The notes beneath the pieces are model-generated. The model did not search any database. It saw nothing but the letters and a program-made list of their open reading frames with translations, and was not told the DNA's origin. This document shows positions 38,757 to 49,857 of a DNA stretch of 64,000 nt, in pieces. The position numbers and the translations under genes were made by a program. The stretch is from IMG/VR virus record IMGVR_UViG_3300049043_000112, positions 1 through 64,000 of that record, one strand, 5' to 3'. Positions within the stretch are counted from its first letter, which is position 1. Every line of letters begins with the position of its first letter.

Positions 38757-40453
38757 TTATATCTTACCACCTTTGGGTTCCTGTGGAATTTCTGTAGGTG
38801 CGGGTGCTGCTGGTTCTGCTGGAACTTCACCTAATGCTGGTTGTTCTCCTACTGCTCCTTCTGGTGGAACTCCTTCTGGTGGAATTGGATTTCCCATTTC
38901 ATCAACGGGAGCATTAGGATCTGGAAGAATACCTTTTTCAATTTCATCATCAATCTGTTGATCAATTTCAATAATTTCAGAATCTGTTTGGCGAAGAATT
39001 TTTTTACGAACATACTCTGTAGAATAATATTTTCCAATATAAGGTTCAACTTGTGTCATCAATGAAATACGGTTTGTTAAAATTTCTGCTTCCTTTAGTT
39101 CTGCAAAATGATTATCATATAAGAAGTCATATTGAATATGATCCTCCATCCTTTCCCAATCTTCTGGAGAAACAATATTCTTCAAAAGAAGTTGAGTACG
39201 GAGCATATCATTAAACATATTCGAAAAACGCTTTCTAAGTCTCCCTACAAACTTAGAAAACTTAAGTTCATCTCTTAAAATTTCAGATGAACGTCCAAGA
39301 TTAAACCCATCTCCTCCACCAGCAATTCTTGTTTCTGGAACTCCAAGTGCTCTATAAAGTTTCTTTTGAAAATATTCAATATCTGCAAGTTCACCAAGGT
39401 TTTGACCACCAGGTAAGGTTGTAATCTCGGTTCCTCTACCACCTCTCTTCTTGGAAGCCAAAAATCTTCCAGCATCGCCATATATTTGCGATCATCACGA
39501 ATTTCTCCAGTATTTGCATCATAAACAAGTTTATTACGATAACGACTCATCACTTCTTTAAGATATTGCTCTGCTTTTACTTTAGGAAGATTGCCAACAT
39601 CGATATAGAAAATTCTTCTTTCTGGAGCACGTGATAATCTGTAGATAACCAGAGAATCTTCAATCATTCTTAACTGGTTAAGTGCTTTAATCGCTTTATG
39701 AAGATATGAAAGTACAGTTCCTTTATTTCTATCTACAAGTCCAGAAGTGCAATAAGTAATTGAATCTTTTGCAATTTTAAGTGATCCTTTTGCTGCTCCA
39801 CTCAAAGAACCCATGGGATAATTTGGTGCTGGAGAATAAATGAAATATTCTTCAACATCAGAATAACTCATTTCTGAGTTAGTAAGATTTGCATTTGCGG
39901 TTAAAGTACTTACGATTGGTTGTCCATTTTTGCCGTTCGTCTTTACCTCTTGACGAACATGCTTCATTTTCATTGGATCAATGTATCTGATTTCTTTTAT
40001 ACCTTCTTGTGGTTTTTTAGTATCAATAACTTTCAAGTAATATAATCTACCATCAACATACCAATTCCTAAAAATTTCATGACACTTTCTATCAAAGTCC
40101 ATCATCTCTTTGATGGACTTAAATTCATCACGAATTGCTTTTTTGAGTTTATCGCTAGCATTTAAATTTGATAATTCAATTTCAACTGGAGAATCATAAA
40201 GATCACTTACAAGGGCTTCGTTTACAACATCTTCAATCGCAGCATCACACTCCGGATGTAATGCCATTTCACGATAACGACGCATTAAATCAAACTCAGT
40301 TCTATAGACACCTTCAATATCTACATACTGACCGTAGAATCCAGATTGAATATAATAATCAACCCCGTCCTCATCTGTCTGAGGAACGGGGGATACTATA
40401 GATTTGGATTTTTCCTCTGTATCTTCAATCGAAAAACCAAAAAGTTTCGCCAT
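38757..40453 (-). CDS. gp20: Portal vertex protein, -1 indel near 39447
   Basis: MAKLFGFSI, YRLSRAPERRIFYIDVGNLP, LEDFWLPRR(EGGRGTEITTLPGG). Confidence 0.96.
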
Positions 40454-40484
40454 TTTATAAATTTAAACGTTTAATATCTACTAT

Positions 40485-41075
40485 TTAGTTAATGTCCTTA
40501 CCGCCTGCAGCAGGAGAAGTTCCTTTAACTGCTTCCCACCAAAGAACTTGCATTTCTACTGTGAATTCCTGAATCGAATCTGTGCCATAATCTAAAGGAA
40601 TGTTGCTGATATTTGTTGGGAAAATATCATAGAAATGATATGCTCTTAGAGTGGTTCCATCACGATTTAACTGATAAACAAAAGCATCTGCCTGATATGC
40701 AGCAGGATCAGTAGCACCCGTGTTATCAGAAACTCGATTAATTGCATTCATCCACTTTTCAAAAGCAGAACGAATTGCAAAATCAGTGTCATTAATAACA
40801 CCAATTGTCCAAGATTCGAATGTACGATCTCCAGCAAGTTTTAGAGTTCTTCCACGGAAAGAAACTTCAAGTGGAGTAACGCTAGATGCTGGAAGAGCCG
40901 CAGACTTTACTAAGAATCTTGCTTTATCCAGAGTATTAACATCTGCGGGCGCAATGTCAGGGAATGAAAGAACAACTTCGAAAAGATTACTTCTTGTGCC
41001 GCCACCAGTTAACTTACTTTTGAAGTCAGTAATCTTCCTTAAAGGAGGTGGATTTAATTGCTGTCTGGTTGCCAT
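40485..41075 (-). CDS. gp19: Tail tube protein
   Basis: RSNLFEV, FRGRTLKLAGDRTF..W, FPTNIS, IQEFTV. Confidence 0.95.
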   Translation of the reverse strand: MATRQQLNPPPLRKITDFKSKLTGGGTRSNLFEVVLSFPDIAPADVNTLDKARFLVKSAALPASSVTPLEVSFRGRTLKLAGDRTFESWTIGVINDTDFAIRSAFEKWMNAINRVSDNTGATDPAAYQADAFVYQLNRDGTTLRAYHFYDIFPTNISNIPLDYGTDSIQEFTVEMQVLWWEAVKGTSPAAGGKDIN

Positions 41076-41094
41076 AGTTTTTTAAACCTCTAAA

Positions 41095-43248
41095 TTAAAA
41101 GTTTCCGATTACTTCTTCAAAATCAACACCAGTTTTGGTGGCGACAAAGTTCAGTCCAATGAAGTTAATTGATCTTGCTGGTTTAATGAAGATATCAGCT
41201 CTGAATTCATTACTATCTATCACTGCAGCAGTATTATTTGTTTCATCGCAAATTACAACATAATCAAAAATACCTCTCTTAGATTGAACATCACGGAGGA
41301 AAGGTTCAATTGTATTTACGAAGTTTGTTCTGGTAATTTCATCATTGAATTCAAAGAGTGCATCTTTTGCTGCCTGTGAAATTGCATTTTCAAGATAAAC
41401 AAAGAGGCGACGAACGTTGATTCTATCGAATGCAGATGCCTTAGCAAGTCCAGTCTTATCACCGAATAGAATAATACCAGATCCAGGTGAGAAGACTACT
41501 GGATTAATTCTATTGGAATATAAAGTATCTCTTTGAGATTTTGTTGGATTATATGCAAGTTTAACTGCATTTAGAATAGCACCTCTGGTGGTTCCTGCTG
41601 GCGAATACCAAGGGAAGTTGTTGATATCATTGCGGGCACAGAGACCTGCCATATCCCCATTTAGAGGAACATATCTAAACGTGTTTGCAAATCTATCGTA
41701 CATGTACTTATAACCACTATCAAATACTGCATAAGAAGATGAGGTGACTGGTGCATAGAATGAAATAACATTCGTAGTAATATCACTTGAAGAACGAACT
41801 GCTACTGCACCTTGACTAGTGGTATCAGTTAATGCGGCACCTCTATAAGGTGAAACAAATGCTAAAGCATCTTTTCTGAGTTCAGCAACCGAAATAATTT
41901 TATTAGCAAGAGCCTGAGCAGTTTCTTTAGCATATGCTGCAGAACCCATCAGTAAGAAATCTACAGTATAATTATCGGTTGATTCGAATAAATCATATCC
42001 GTCCGATAATTCTCCAAGAGACGCTGTGAGAGCACCTGTTGATGCTACACCTACTATTCCACCATAGTCTGCACCTTTAGATAAAATATTGGTTGATGAA
42101 CCAGTTGCAGCAAAAATAACTCCGTCTGCTGCTTGGTCCCAAGCATTATCTGTTGCGGGTGTATAATTGTTAGCAAATCCTGTCGTTACAATTCCTGTTG
42201 GAGATCCAAGACCAAAGATATAACTTGAATTATTTGCTAAGTATTTTCTCCAGTTTGAAGGATTACCTACAGAGAACTCGGCATCAGATGCTTTGGAGAG
42301 AGATAAGTGCTTTTCAAGAATTGTTCCAGCATTTCCACTAACCGTTCCTAGTCCATCAATAACTACAACGTGAACTTCATCAAATCTTGAACCTCTTGAT
42401 GAAGCATAAGCAGAAGTTCCAGGAGCTGGAGCAATATCACTCCAATTAATATTAGAACTTGTTGTCACCCCAATTGTTTGCTGACTAAACCAGTCTACAC
42501 GAGTAGAAACTGTTGTTGTTGCAACACCAACGGCGCTATTAGTTAAAATAGAAATATTTTGATTGGTATAGAAACTATAAATTCCACTTTGTTGGTAATC
42601 TACATTTGTTTCTGTCCCTCCAGCAGAAACATGACTTAAAACTTTAACATCTAGTGTTCCCTCTCCAACTCTAGTGATAATACCTTTTAGATAACCATCT
42701 AGAATTGAAGTAGAACCAGCTCCAGGATTAATTCTTCCAGAAACTGATTGTGAAACTCCATAACCAACCACAGCACCAGTCGTTGTAAGTCCAAGAGTTT
42801 GATTTGCTTTAGAGTCGATAATTGCAACTCTAAGACCATTAGACCACGAACCAGGATTTCTTGCAGCAACTACAACATTAGCAAGAGTATTTTCATCATA
42901 ACCTAAAAGATTATAATGCTCTAAACTATCAATTTTCACGCTTGCAGCAGATCCTACCATTCCATTGACTAGACCACCATCATTTGCTCTTACTACTCTG
43001 AGTGATCCACCATAAGCAAGAAACGATGATGCGGTTAACCAATTCTCATAATGCTTATCTGTTGCATAAGGTTGTCCAAAGGTGTTTAGTAAATCATTTT
43101 CATTTTGTACCAAAGTTGGTACGTCTACAGGTCCTCTAGCAAAAGGTGATACAATCGCTCCAGTTTTATTGGATGATGGAGCAACTCTTCCGAGTGTTAA
43201 ATCAAATTCCTTTACTACAATTCCAGGAGATGCTAAATTTAGCGGCAT
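41095..43248 (-). CDS. gp18: Tail sheath protein
   Basis: LASPGIVVKE, WYSPAG..RG, FDRINVRRLF, PARSINFI. Confidence 0.96.
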   Translation of the reverse strand: MPLNLASPGIVVKEFDLTLGRVAPSSNKTGAIVSPFARGPVDVPTLVQNENDLLNTFGQPYATDKHYENWLTASSFLAYGGSLRVVRANDGGLVNGMVGSAASVKIDSLEHYNLLGYDENTLANVVVAARNPGSWSNGLRVAIIDSKANQTLGLTTTGAVVGYGVSQSVSGRINPGAGSTSILDGYLKGIITRVGEGTLDVKVLSHVSAGGTETNVDYQQSGIYSFYTNQNISILTNSAVGVATTTVSTRVDWFSQQTIGVTTSSNINWSDIAPAPGTSAYASSRGSRFDEVHVVVIDGLGTVSGNAGTILEKHLSLSKASDAEFSVGNPSNWRKYLANNSSYIFGLGSPTGIVTTGFANNYTPATDNAWDQAADGVIFAATGSSTNILSKGADYGGIVGVASTGALTASLGELSDGYDLFESTDNYTVDFLLMGSAAYAKETAQALANKIISVAELRKDALAFVSPYRGAALTDTTSQGAVAVRSSSDITTNVISFYAPVTSSSYAVFDSGYKYMYDRFANTFRYVPLNGDMAGLCARNDINNFPWYSPAGTTRGAILNAVKLAYNPTKSQRDTLYSNRINPVVFSPGSGIILFGDKTGLAKASAFDRINVRRLFVYLENAISQAAKDALFEFNDEITRTNFVNTIEPFLRDVQSKRGIFDYVVICDETNNTAAVIDSNEFRADIFIKPARSINFIGLNFVATKTGVDFEEVIGNF

Positions 43249-43284
43249 CTTTATTCTCCGTGCTATCCAGAATTATTCTAGAAA

Positions 43285-43292
43285 TATTTATG
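43285..43292 (-). promoter_or_regulatory. Late promoter variant CATAAATA
   Basis: Upstream of gp18. Confidence 0.6.
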
Positions 43293-43331
43293 AAAATGGT
43301 TATTTTAATTGGGGAAACGCTGCGTGAATAT

Positions 43332-43559
43332 CTACCAATCAGGATATTGCCATTCACTTGAATATGCTTTGGTCTTTTTAGACTCTTGAATTCTCTTAAT
43401 GGTACATTCTTTACATTCATATGAGTATGATGAAAGAAGTGTATTATTTTTTCTTGTTTTATAAAAACTATCTATTAAATTTTTTCTTTCTTTGCAAACT
43501 CTACAACGACTATCAGTAAAAAATAAATGTTCTACTTCAAACTGTTCTTCTAAGTCCAT
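43332..43559 (-). CDS. Small zinc-ribbon protein
   Basis: CRVC...CKEC, ending WQYPDW. Confidence 0.7.
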   Translation of the reverse strand: MDLEEQFEVEHLFFTDSRCRVCKERKNLIDSFYKTRKNNTLLSSYSYECKECTIKRIQESKKTKAYSSEWQYPDW

Positions 43560-45258
43560 TTAACGATAATCCCACATATAAGAACGATCACCATATTCAT
43601 CTAAATTCCAAACATCAGTTGTTTGCACTCCATTTTCTTTTGTTGCAAACATCCATCTATCTCCAGTTTCTTTTTCTATAATATCATCCATATCTTCAAA
43701 TCCATCAGAAATAAATCCAAATGGGGACATATCTTGTTCTATCTGATTTTTTTGTTCTTCATAAATTCTTTTACGAACATCATTGTCCGTCATCTCTTTG
43801 AAATAATCCTGAGCAACTAACCAAGAGAAAATTACAAGACACATTGCTAAGTCATCATTACAACCTTCTTCTGCTTCAAATGAATTATGACGTTGTGCAA
43901 ATGTAGTAAGTTCTGATATAATATCATAATCAACTGTTAATAACTTATCATCTTCTAGTAATGTTTTTAAATTAGAGCATCCTAATTTCTTAACAGATGC
44001 AGTCATTCTTACGCCCAATTGAGATTTCTTTCCACTAAATCCAGAACCAACCAATTGACCAGCTCGTCCTCTTATTGCACACATTAAAACATTATCATAC
44101 TCTAAATCAAAGTGCATAATATTTGCTACTTGATTCTCCAATATCATTAACTTCTATTAATAACCAAGCATCATTGTAACCTCTTGCTACTTCGTTAATA
44201 ATACTTGGAAATAGCATGGGTTTAATTTCGTTATTGCGATATTTTGCTACAACTTTATACGGAAAGTTTGTAATATCAAAAACAATAAATGCAGAGTAGT
44301 CATTTCCAAGTCCACGAGCAACATCAACTGTCATCAAGTAGTTGTGTTCTTCAATTGGATTTTCATAAATGTCTAAACCAGCGTTTCTCTTAATTGGGTC
44401 TTCATAAACAAGATTTCTAAGTTTTGCTGGATTAATCAGCGTATTAACAGAACCTAAGAATTCACATTCAAATTCTACCTTGAATTGTTGTTCTGAAGTG
44501 TTTGCAATTGTCTGTTCTTTCCAGACAGCATCTCTACCAGGCACTTCAGACCAATGAACATCAGTCGGTACATATTCATTTTTACCGCGTTCGGAATCAT
44601 GCCACATGCGGTAAAAATGGTTCATACCACGTGGTGTTGAAACTATGATGACTTTTGTGCTTTGTCCAGAAGAAATAGTAGGATAAACAGAGGCAAAGAA
44701 GTCATCAGCAATGTGATTCGGGATGAAAGCGAACTCGTCAAGAAAGATGACATTATAGGATCCGCCTCGGACAGCAGACGAAGAAGTAGAGTTAGATGAA
44801 ATCTTGGAGCCATTTTCTAATTCCAACGATCCTTTGTTCCAGGATATAATACCCTGTTGCATCCACTTTGGTAAATTCTATAAGCAAGTTGTAGTCTCCC
44901 AAGTAGGTCTCTAGCAGTAGATGCTTTGTTTGCTAGAATAGCTATATTTACATTATCATTAAATACCGCATAATGTAACAAATATGAAACGCAAGTTGTA
45001 GATTTACCCGTTTGGCGGGGCATCTTACAAATATTAAATCTGTTCTTATGGAAATTATGAATTAGTTTCTCTTGAAACGGATACATCTCTAAAAGGAACA
45101 AGACCGTGATCCAGAGAAACAATTTTAATGTAGTTTCTCGCAAAATAAACAGGATCTTCTTTACACTTTAAGAACTCGATAATTTGTTCTTCAGTGAATT
45201 GGATTTGCGTATTTGCTTTTTTTAAATTTGGATTACCAAGATATACATTATCACTCAT
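43560..45258 (-). CDS. gp17: Terminase large subunit, three indels (~45090, ~44880, ~44135)
   Basis: MPRQTGKSTT, IFLDEFAF, STPRG, VDVARG, DDLAM, spread over four track pieces. Confidence 0.96.
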
Positions 45259-45263
45259 AAAAA

Positions 45264-46577
45264 TTACCTACTAATTTCTTCCCAGTCTAGTGAAGCAAAA
45301 ACATCAGCACCAGCAGTATCGGATGCAACTACTAGTGTTAATTCATAAGCAGTTCCAGTCAGTCCATTTCTTTCTAATTGAAACTTAAATAATGCTTCTT
45401 TTAGAATATCAACAGATGAGGAAGATTGGTTTGCTGATGAGAAAAATCCAGATGCTAGAATTCTTCCACCACTTACAGTTCCTCCATCAATTTTATATTC
45501 CACAGCACTATCAGCGCCCGCACTTACCCAAGTACCACCACTAGTAGTTGCAGATGCTCTTACCTGCCAGTTATATTGTGGACCATTTCCAGTACCCATC
45601 AAGGAAAGTGCTGTCAAAATAACAATTGCATCTAATCTATTTGGAGAAGATTTTAGACGAATAGAAATAACGGGATAATAAGTCCCTGCAGGAGTTGGTA
45701 AATCTACTGGTGCTGTGATTGGAGTATTTACTGCTTGTTGCAATCCACGCAATTCATAACCACCTTCCGAAATTACAGAAGAACACACCTGTTTCATAGT
45801 ACTACTACCTGTAGTAATACCAGTATTTGCAATCTCATATCTTAAAGGAAGAGATGCTGTTGTAATATAAGTTGATTGGATATAGTTTGCGTGATGGAAT
45901 GAATGTGCGTGAATAAACTTCCCATCAATCACAAATCCCATTCTTACTGTACCAAGACCCAACCACTTAATATCCATCCAAAGAATTTGTGCTTTGGTGA
46001 TATCTAATGTAATACCAGAAACCCCAGTACCATCTAACTTATCAATATTCCAATCATTTTGTGCAACTGAGGTTTGAGTACCAGTAGATAAACTTCTTTC
46101 TACAAAGTAAGGTGTTGTATTATTGATTTCAAAATACATTCCATTATCAGCACCAAAATATCCTACTCTTTGACGAAGGTTTTGTTTTGGTGTAGCGGGA
46201 ACAAAGGTATTTAAAACAAGTAAAGATTTGCCTGGTTGATATGAGAATGTCTTTGTGGTCTCTCTAATTACAGAGCAACCAGCAGTAGTTCCAATACCAA
46301 TATTAATTAATCCTTCAGTAGTTGCAAATCCAACTGTAGAACCAGTTCCTACAACTAAACTTTCCCAGAGATTATTGTCTCTATATCTGTGAGAACTATC
46401 AAATAATGTAAGTGGATTTGATACTCTTGTTCTTCCAAAAGCATCTGGATTTACACTTACAGGAAATCTATTGATATTATCTACAACATTTCCATCCCTT
46501 GTCGCTATCAAAGGAACTTCAAAGAGTGTACGCTCTTGATTCAAATAATCTTGAGTATTCTTATTCCACTGTGCCAT
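45264..46577 (-). CDS. Hypothetical protein, probably structural (beta-rich)
   Basis: DAFGRTRVSNPLTLFDS, YQPGKSL, QRVGYF, WLGLGTVRMGF. Confidence 0.65.
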   Translation of the reverse strand: MAQWNKNTQDYLNQERTLFEVPLIATRDGNVVDNINRFPVSVNPDAFGRTRVSNPLTLFDSSHRYRDNNLWESLVVGTGSTVGFATTEGLINIGIGTTAGCSVIRETTKTFSYQPGKSLLVLNTFVPATPKQNLRQRVGYFGADNGMYFEINNTTPYFVERSLSTGTQTSVAQNDWNIDKLDGTGVSGITLDITKAQILWMDIKWLGLGTVRMGFVIDGKFIHAHSFHHANYIQSTYITTASLPLRYEIANTGITTGSSTMKQVCSSVISEGGYELRGLQQAVNTPITAPVDLPTPAGTYYPVISIRLKSSPNRLDAIVILTALSLMGTGNGPQYNWQVRASATTSGGTWVSAGADSAVEYKIDGGTVSGGRILASGFFSSANQSSSSVDILKEALFKFQLERNGLTGTAYELTLVVASDTAGADVFASLDWEEISR

Positions 46578-46580
46578 GAA

Positions 46581-46892
46581 TTATTCACCCCAGGATAATC
46601 TTTCTGGTCTGTATCTTTCTGTATTTTTAATCTTTAATGGATTGGTTGAATTTGGATAAACGTTATGGACAATGGCACCTGGATACTCTGCTTGAAGTTG
46701 TTCTGCAAGTGCGTTCTTATCCATCATTTTTCCTTCAACTTCCATACGATAAAGTCTTCCTTGCCAAACTATATCAGCAAGAAAAGATTCAGTTGCAGTT
46801 TCTTGTTGGGATGAAGAATTCATATAAAGATTTCCGTTGAAATCTCCAGAAATGTTGATACTTTCTGAAATAAATTGTTGAAAGGATTTCAT
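46581..46892 (-). CDS. Hypothetical protein with capsid-targeting-like N-terminus
   Basis: MKSFQQFISE then a globular domain (ADIVWQG...YPGAIVHNVYP). Confidence 0.7.
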   Translation of the reverse strand: MKSFQQFISESINISGDFNGNLYMNSSSQQETATESFLADIVWQGRLYRMEVEGKMMDKNALAEQLQAEYPGAIVHNVYPNSTNPLKIKNTERYRPERLSWGE

Positions 46893-46893
46893 T

Positions 46894-48619
46894 TTAGTTG
46901 CAGTTCCAACGACGAAGGGCTTTGTTAATTCTTGAATCTGGATCTCTTGCAGTTTTAGCAGAAGTTAGTTTGGATTTCATTCCGGACATACGTCGGCAGA
47001 AGTTTGCACGACGCTTTGCTCTTTTACCAGTTGGTTTCTTTTCGGTTACAGCAGTTTGTAACTTAGAACCTGGATTCTCACGTCGATAAGCGTCTACTGC
47101 TTTTTGACTAAGACCATCAGTTTTATCCTGACGATTTACTTTTTGCCAATCTTCCATAAATTGACTAAAAGTTTTATTTTCTTGAACTCTACCCATAATT
47201 TGATCAATCTGCTGCTGTTGTTTTTCATTTCTTTGTTTAATTTTTTCAGCAGTTACTTTTGCTTTATCATATACCATTTTACCTGCCAGTGCAGTTCCTG
47301 CTGCCAGTCCAGCACGAATACCCAATCCAATCAGAGGATTTTCATTTAATTCATTAGACTCTTTCATTTCTCCACTATCTACATAATCTGCTGCAGTATC
47401 AATATAATCTGCTGCTTTAGTAATTTTTGATTGAACCCAAGCCTCAATATTTCCTTCTCCCTTCATTTTTTTACGAAGTCTTTTTGCTGCAGAAATAATT
47501 GTAGAAAGTTCAGAGCGAGCCATTGAATACTCATGATCATAAGACTTCAGGAAAATTTCCAGGATGAACAGTTGCGATATTATATTTTAATTGGTTTGTT
47601 GTTAATGCAGATGGTCTAGAAAACATATCCCAATACTTAGATCCATACTTACATTCATCACGAGTTTCATCTTTTTTACATTTAGGGCAATATCTAATCA
47701 TTCCTTGCTCCTCTTTTACTGGTATGCAATTTGGAACCAATTTTTTACCTTTCTTTTTCATTCCTTCTTCCTTATACCCATCCCAACAATCTTCTGATTT
47801 TGTTCCCCAATTTGCAGCACCAACTTTACGACATTTGACCAATGCTCCTGAAGCATATGCACTTGGCCAGACATCATATCTTGACTTAACTTTTTGGTAA
47901 CAGGCATCTTTTTTACCACTACCTTTACCTGGTTTATCTTTAACTTCTTGTAAATCCATTTCTTCAGTTCTTACGTTAGTTGGTTTTGCTCCACCAGTTT
48001 TTTCTGGTTGATTAGGATCTAGACGATTTTTTCTTCTTCTTGCCTTTTCCTCTTCTTCTGGAGATAAATTTGCTGCCATTTTAGAACTACCGCATTTTGG
48101 TGTAGAAGTTTGACCTGGTTGGCGAGCACATGGTTTTCCTGCATATTTGCCTCCAAGTTGAACCCAACCTTTTTTTCCATCAGAAGACTTTGATTTGCCA
48201 AACCAGTCATGAAGACCTTCATCACCAGAAGTTGTTTCTTCTTTTACATCTTTGAACTTTTTATGATGCTTTTTAGCATCAGATTCCATTTTTTTCAAAC
48301 GAGTATAATAATCTGGAATTTCATCAAGATGTTGAAGAGCAATATCAGTTGCTAAGTCTTTATCCTTTGTATGCTCATGTTCAATTGGAATACCCATTTC
48401 AAGTTGCTTCTTTACAAAAGAAACTTCAAGACGATGTTTTTTTGCAATCTGTTCAACCGATTTATGAGATTTCAATTCGTGCATTTCATTGAAAGGAGAT
48501 TTTGATTGAGTTGATTCACCTTTTGCTCTTTTTTTACGAGCAGCACAGTGTGCTTTTTGAGAAAATCCCTAAGGACTATCACAGTTTATTGATCTTTTGT
48601 ATTTGTCAGACCAACTCAT
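46894..48619 (-). CDS. Modular basic/Cys-rich late protein (~574 aa), in-frame TAG at 48569-48571 and +1 indel near 47547
   Basis: MSWSDKYKRSINCDSP*GFSQKAHC is in frame with 47537..48484; FPE-SYDHEYSMARSEL joins 46894..47523; TCTAAATA at 48643-48650. Confidence 0.7.
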
Positions 48620-48631
48620 TAAAGTATATGT

Positions 48632-49054
48632 TTACTCTTTATTATTTAGAAAACCTTGCTTCAGTAGTTTAGAAAGTTCTGATGTAGAACCAACAAAAAC
48701 AGCATTGTTAGTTACATTATTTGTAGTTTTAACAGTATCTTCTTCTACATCTTTTAATTTTTTTTGTAAATCTATAAGTTTATCTGTCACGTCACCGACA
48801 CTTTTAATAAGTTGCCCAGCAACTTCATAAGCTCTTGGACTTCCACCTTCTCCAGCAAGTTCCATAATTCCATTGATTGCTTCCTGACCCTTTTCAATCA
48901 AAGAATATAAATTTGCACGTGTATATTCATAATCTTTTTTAATGTCATCAGTTTTTAAGGGAGTAATGTTTAAATCACTCCTGTCTTTTTCTACTTCTAC
49001 GATGCTACTCTCTATATTCAAAGATGCATCCAAACCATCATAATTATTTTTCAT
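48632..49054 (-). CDS. gp16: Terminase small subunit
   Basis: DYEYTRANLYSLIEKGQEA, SPRAYEVAGQL, NAVFVGST. Confidence 0.92.
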   Translation of the reverse strand: MKNNYDGLDASLNIESSIVEVEKDRSDLNITPLKTDDIKKDYEYTRANLYSLIEKGQEAINGIMELAGEGGSPRAYEVAGQLIKSVGDVTDKLIDLQKKLKDVEEDTVKTTNNVTNNAVFVGSTSELSKLLKQGFLNNKE

Positions 49055-49060
49055 ATCTTA

Positions 49061-49857
49061 TTAAATATCAGTTTGTCTTGTAGGACTAAATTCCTTACCG
49101 TCAAAGAACATTTCAATTGACTCATCAAATCCAAAATCATCAGTTGGTTGTGCATCAATTGGATCGGGAGTTACAGTATATCTCATCTCTCTCTTTGCAG
49201 TCTGAGTATCTGTACCAGTATAATAATCAACTTGAACCTTACGAATAAGACCATCCGTACTTTCAGCAATAGGACCAAATAGATATGTTTTAGCAGTAAA
49301 ATTGAAAGTATAAATCAATATTCTTCTAGATGAAAAATCTCCTTCATAATCATCTGTAAAAGAAACATTATCAAGAACAACTGGAATATCTCTTTTTCTC
49401 CAATCGAATCTACTAAATCAACTGTTAACGTAAAAGCAGGTTGAAAATATGGCAGAATTTGTTCAACAACTTGTAAAGCATCATCTTGAATTTTACTCAT
49501 CAAATTAAGTTGAAATCCAAGATTATAAGGAACAGGAAGGTATACTTTTTTAAGATTATTACCATCTTGTACTTTAAAAGTTTGCGTTATATTTGCTTTT
49601 CTTGTAGGATCGTATTGTATTGATGTCATCTCAAAAGACAATCGAGGAAGAGTCATTGCAATTGGTTTATTTAATTCCGACTGTTGTTCAATCCTAGCAA
49701 GAAATTTTTGCATTGGACCATAAGCTAATGGAACTTTTATCTGACTAATACTGCCTCCAGAAGAATCTTTATGGCGAATATTAATATCATTAAATAAAGT
49801 ACCAAAGGAGATAACAGTTCTTCTAATAATTTCGTGGTAATAGTAAGTACCTAGCAT
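49061..49857 (-). CDS. gp15: Tail sheath stabiliser / tail terminator, -1 indel near 49395
   Basis: YYHEIIRR, VPLAYGP.QKF, LPRLSFE, QIVEQILPYFQP-like segment, YTFNFTAKTYLFGP. Confidence 0.92.
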
